Source of the DNA: Phycisphaeraceae bacterium
GTDB taxonomy: Bacteria > Planctomycetota > Phycisphaerae > Phycisphaerales > Phycisphaeraceae
Direction of reading: 5' to 3'
NCBI GenBank assembly: GCA_963674705.1
Contig: OY771506.1
Coordinates: forward strand, 736,001-800,000
Length of the DNA stretch: 64,000 nt
Made by a program: the position numbers and the translations under genes. Shown piece after piece: positions 60,149 through 64,000 of this stretch. The first letter of the stretch is position 1, and every line of letters starts with the position of its first letter. Below the pieces are notes generated by a model, which was not told the origin of the DNA, made no database searches, and worked only from the letters and a program-made list of their open reading frames with translations.

Positions 60149-60852
60149 CGTGACGCGGCCCGTATGGCTTTGATGGCGGCGGCGCGATCAGGTTGGCCGA
60201 AAAGCGCCGTCGCGGTGACGGTGCAGTCAACGCCCGCAGCAACTGCCGAAGGCAACGTCTCGGTGTTGAGCCCGCCGTCCATCTGTATGCGCGTGCCTTT
60301 ACCGACGCGTTGCTTGAGCCAGCGTGCCTTGTCGAGCACCTCGGGCATGAACTTCTGGCCGGAGAATCCCGGGTTCACACTCATCACCAAGACCATCGCA
60401 AGCTCATCCAGATAAGGTCCGATCCCGGCCTCGAGTTGTTCGATCGTGGTCGGTGGATTGACCACCATCCCGGCGCTCATGCCGGCGTCTTTGATGCGCT
60501 TGATCAGCTCGGAAGCGTCGTCGCCGTCAGGCTTGTACGGCGCGCACACCTCCATGTGGAAGGCATAATGGTTGCAGCCGGCCTTGGCAAATTGCTCGAT
60601 GTAATCACCGGGCTTTTCCACCATCAAATGTGCGTCCAAAAACGACGCGTTTACGTTCCTGCGCACACCGGCGATCATATCCGCCCCCATGGTGAGGTTC
60701 GGCGCGAAGTGGCCGTCCATCACATCCACGTGAAGCAGGTCCGCGCCCTTCTCTAGAACATCCCGGCAGTCCTCAGCCATCCGGCCAAAGTCCGCGGACA
60801 GGATAGAAGCGGCAAGATACGTATGTTCAGGCGGTTGAGTCAGGTCAAGCAT
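60145..60852 (-). CDS. rpe: Ribulose-phosphate 3-epimerase
   Basis: SILSADF, HVDVMDGHFAPNLTMG, DAHLM, MSVNPGFSGQKF, MDGG. Confidence 0.96.
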   Translation of the reverse strand: MLDLTQPPEHTYLAASILSADFGRMAEDCRDVLEKGADLLHVDVMDGHFAPNLTMGADMIAGVRRNVNASFLDAHLMVEKPGDYIEQFAKAGCNHYAFHMEVCAPYKPDGDDASELIKRIKDAGMSAGMVVNPPTTIEQLEAGIGPYLDELAMVLVMSVNPGFSGQKFMPEVLDKARWLKQRVGKGTRIQMDGGLNTETLPSAVAAGVDCTVTATALFGQPDRAAAIKAIRAASR

Positions 60853-61005
60853 GCGGACATGATAGATGAAAGCAGGAAACGCAGGAAATTCGGAAAGCAG
60901 GCAATAAGCAACCTGCCATCGAAAACGAATGACTGTATTTTCTGCTTTTCTGTTTTTACTATTTTCTGCCTTTTAAATAACCCTAATCCTCCGCCTTTTC
61001 AGCCA

Positions 61006-61989
61006 TTAAAACCGCATCATCGCACCGATGCGCACGAACGGTTCATCGCTGATATCGCGCAACGTGTCGTCGTCCCGGACGTCCCAGCCACGGCTGAATT
61101 CCTGGTCGAATGCATATCCGCCGGCCAGAGTGACCGTGACCCCGGGCAGGCGATTGTCGACATTGCCGTTCCAGGTCAGCCCGGCTTCGACGCGCTGCTG
61201 GGAGAACATGAGCCGGCGGTGCTCGGGATCGTCATCGAGTGTGTAGGCGTTGAATCGGCTGTCATAGCTGGCAAAGGCGGCCCAGCCGTCGACAAGCTCG
61301 TAACGCGCGTTGGCGTTGAAGTTCCAGGGGATGATGTAGGTCGCCTGCAGCCGGGTCTTCTCATTGGGGAAGACCGTGACGGTGCTGGCGGGGAAACCGA
61401 CCGCGTATTGCGCCCCCTCATACACGCCGTAATACACGAAGCCCGGCAGCGGCAAGTCGGGGAAGATGCTGCGGTTGCCGTTGTATGTGAGGATGTATTT
61501 ATACCCGTGAGTTTCATCGATCGGTTGTGTGACGATGACGTCGGCGATCCCGTAGTAGGCTCGTCCGTCGCCGAAGGCGTTGTCGCCTGCGTACCCAGCG
61601 CCGAGCGTGACCTGCAGATCCAAGTCGTTTTCCAGGTCAAAATGCATTGAACCGGCTGCGGAGACATCGATAAGCCTGTCCGGTATGACCGGGTCGTCGC
61701 TGTGGGTATTGAGCTGGTGGTAGAGCACACCGGCTACAGGCTGCTGGGGGTTGCCCGGATCAAGTTGCATTCGGCCGACCGCCACATATCGCGACAGCCG
61801 AACATCCTGCCCGGATTGCTTGGCTTCACCGCTGTTCTGCGACCAGTTGTTGACATAGAACTGGGCCGTCTCATCGCTCTGCCAGGGTACGACAAGGATG
61901 GTCGAAGCCGTCTGAGCGTAAGCGATCGTTGCCGACAACACACAAGCGATTATGCCAAAAAGCCCGCATCTGATAACCGTGAAACGCAT
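61006..61989 (-). CDS. Putative outer-membrane beta-barrel protein
   Basis: Signal peptide, amphipathic aromatic-rich beta strands, C-terminal Phe (FVRIGAMMRF). Confidence 0.65.
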   Translation of the reverse strand: MRFTVIRCGLFGIIACVLSATIAYAQTASTILVVPWQSDETAQFYVNNWSQNSGEAKQSGQDVRLSRYVAVGRMQLDPGNPQQPVAGVLYHQLNTHSDDPVIPDRLIDVSAAGSMHFDLENDLDLQVTLGAGYAGDNAFGDGRAYYGIADVIVTQPIDETHGYKYILTYNGNRSIFPDLPLPGFVYYGVYEGAQYAVGFPASTVTVFPNEKTRLQATYIIPWNFNANARYELVDGWAAFASYDSRFNAYTLDDDPEHRRLMFSQQRVEAGLTWNGNVDNRLPGVTVTLAGGYAFDQEFSRGWDVRDDDTLRDISDEPFVRIGAMMRF

Positions 61990-62121
61990 GACGTACCTCC
62001 TGATCGGATCGGTCGGAGCCCTCGTGACTCCGTGCAAGACAGTATAACCTTCTCGGCGCAAGAAAAACCGGGTCTTTGACGCACAAAAACCCGGCGGGTT
62101 CCGATTTAACTGGCTGATTAC

Positions 62122-63309
62122 TTACTTCTCGTCGAGCAGCTCAACGCTGGCGAACTTCTTGCCTTCGAGCATCTCCAGGCTCGCGCCACCGCCGGTGCTG
62201 ACGTGGCTGACCTTATCGGCGAAACCGAGCTGTTGGATGGCCGCGGCACTGTCGCCGCCGCCGATGATGCTGGTCGCGTTGGAGTCGGCGATCGCCTGGG
62301 CGACGGCCTTGGTGCCGGCATCGAACGGAGGCATCTCGAACACACCCATCGGCCCGTTCCAGACAACCGTGCCGGCATCCTTGACGGCGTCGCAGAACAG
62401 CTCGATCGATTTGGGACCGATGTCCAGTCCCTCGTAGCCGTCGGGGATGTCACCATCAACGATCTTCTTGTTGCAGTCACCTTTGAACGCGTCACCACAG
62501 TGCGTGTCGACAGGCAACATGAGTTTGTCACCACCGGCTTCGAGCATACGTTTGGCGTCTGCCACACGGTCCTGTTCGACCAGGCTGCCGCCAACCTTCT
62601 TGCCCTGCGCGAGGAAGAAGGTGTAAGCCATCGCACCACCGATAAGCACCTTGTCGCAGATGTTCAGGAGGTTGTCGATGACGGTGATCTTGTCGGAGAC
62701 TTTGGCTCCGCCGAGGATCGCAACAAACGGGCGTTTGGGGTTGGCGATCGCGTCGGTGAGGTACTTGATTTCCTTCTCGACGAGAAAGCCGCAGACGGCG
62801 GGTTTGCCGGCGGCCTTCATGGCCTGGGGCACGGCGACCATCGAGGCGTGCTCGCGGTGGCAGGTGCCGAAGGCGTCGTTGCAGTAGATGTCACCAAAAC
62901 CGGCGAGCGTCTGAGCGAAGTCGGGGTCGCCCTTCTTCTCAGCCTTGGCGAAGCGCAGGTTCTCAAGAACCAGGACCTGCCCGGGCTCGAGCGTCATTGC
63001 TTTGGCGCGGGCGTCTTCACCGATGGTATCGGTGGCAAACTTCACGTCGATCCGCAGCAGTTCGCCGAGGCGCTCGGCAGCGGGTTTGAGGCTGAATTCC
63101 GGCTCGGGGCCTTCACCCTTAGGTCGACCCAGATGGCTCATCAAGACCAGTGACCCCCCGCCATCCAAAACACTGTTAATCGACGGGAGAGCCATACGTA
63201 TCCGTCGATCGTCGGTAATCTGCCCGTCTTTCAACGGGACATTGAAGTCAACGCGCATCAGCACGCGTTTGCCTACCACGTTGGCGTCGGCAATTGTCAT
63301 TTTTGGCAT
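62122..63309 (-). CDS. pgk: Phosphoglycerate kinase
   Basis: [55 protein letters not shown]. Confidence 0.98.
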   Translation of the reverse strand: MPKMTIADANVVGKRVLMRVDFNVPLKDGQITDDRRIRMALPSINSVLDGGGSLVLMSHLGRPKGEGPEPEFSLKPAAERLGELLRIDVKFATDTIGEDARAKAMTLEPGQVLVLENLRFAKAEKKGDPDFAQTLAGFGDIYCNDAFGTCHREHASMVAVPQAMKAAGKPAVCGFLVEKEIKYLTDAIANPKRPFVAILGGAKVSDKITVIDNLLNICDKVLIGGAMAYTFFLAQGKKVGGSLVEQDRVADAKRMLEAGGDKLMLPVDTHCGDAFKGDCNKKIVDGDIPDGYEGLDIGPKSIELFCDAVKDAGTVVWNGPMGVFEMPPFDAGTKAVAQAIADSNATSIIGGGDSAAAIQQLGFADKVSHVSTGGGASLEMLEGKKFASVELLDEK

Positions 63310-63462
63310 CGCTTGCTCCGAATTAAAAGGCAAGAAAATACAGGCGGGAGGCCAATCATAGTGAACCGCTACAGACTCGCAAATCTGAACTTTTTATGCA
63401 TCGTGACATGACGGCTTGTTTGGAATTGTTACAAAATTGAACTTTTAGATGGTCAGCGTAAG

Positions 63463-63900
63463 TCAACCGCGTATCTGATCCGACAGCGTGTTGATAGCCT
63501 TGTCAACAAAACGCAACAAGGCCCCTTTAAAGCCTGTGACAGGGGCATAGACCTCCAGTTGGCCAGCTTGCTCCAGGTGGGTACGCACCGCTTTCAATTC
63601 CTCTAACTCGCCCTTGTCTAACCAGATACCGTAGCACTTCGGACACATGTCCACGGCAACCAAGGTCTGTGGATACACGAAACAGGCCAAGGGCTCCATA
63701 CAGTCCGGGCATACCCTAGTGGTAAACTCTGCATTGTCGAGTACTTTCAGGTCTTTGGCGGCCACAGACAGTACCCGCGTCAGTGAACCGGGGTGAAACC
63801 ACAAGCCGCCACACTCCCGGCAGCGATCGACCCGGGCTTCCGGGTCTTTCTTCACGCGCTGAGCAACCAGCGTCCCGCTATGGCAATTAGGGCAGCGCAT
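63463..63900 (-). CDS. Tandem TFIIB-type zinc-ribbon (zf-TFIIB) protein
   Basis: CPNC..DRCRECGGLWF and CPDC..DMCPKCYGIWLDKGEL. Confidence 0.82.
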   Translation of the reverse strand: MRCPNCHSGTLVAQRVKKDPEARVDRCRECGGLWFHPGSLTRVLSVAAKDLKVLDNAEFTTRVCPDCMEPLACFVYPQTLVAVDMCPKCYGIWLDKGELEELKAVRTHLEQAGQLEVYAPVTGFKGALLRFVDKAINTLSDQIRG

Positions 63901-63911
63901 CCTGTTACTCC

Positions 63912-64000
63912 TTACCAGCTCCCCGTTGCTCCCCCACCGCCACTGGACCCGCCCCCGAACCCCCCGCCGAATCCGCCGCTGCTCCAGCCGCCACTGGAAT
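63912..64000 (-). CDS. 3' end of a protein with a Gly/Ser-rich tail (TPM-domain-like), 5' part outside window
   Basis: Reads SSGGWSSGGFGGGSGGGSSGGGGATGSW then TAA at 63912. Confidence 0.6.
   Translation of the reverse strand, partial: SSGGWSSGGFGGGFGGGSSGGGGATGSW

Overview
GC-rich bacterial chromosomal DNA. The gene content (MoxR-DUF58-BatA/vWA operon, ECF sigma factor, Ser/Thr-kinase-TPR protein, Tad-like pilins, Zn-ribbon membrane proteins) suggests Planctomycetota, probably Phycisphaerae; this is an inference. Housekeeping and metabolic genes include xth, lysR-gltB-gltD, dacB, cls, holB, two ferredoxin-NADP+ reductases, ade-xdhABC-guaD, gdhA, rpe, pgk and one tRNA-Gln(CTG). The strongest candidate for an undescribed system is at 4161-10093: a Dlt-like envelope acylation operon (ACP, VOC epimerase-like protein, methyltransferase, FkbH, MBOAT, a 43-aa DltX-like peptide ending FFYQGF that the ORF track misses, and a DltD-like SGNH protein). 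It appears to use a tailored glyceryl-ACP donor instead of D-alanyl-carrier. The second candidate is at 35140-41570: an orphan TadE/TadG/TadE pilin-like operon with an embedded membrane pseudokinase-TPR protein. Several intergenic regions carry three REP-like palindrome families nested in heptamer/decamer arrays, and seven genes show a leaderless-type -10 box 6-8 nt before the ATG. No CRISPR array, rRNA or transposase was seen. All calls come from motif recognition; no database search was run.
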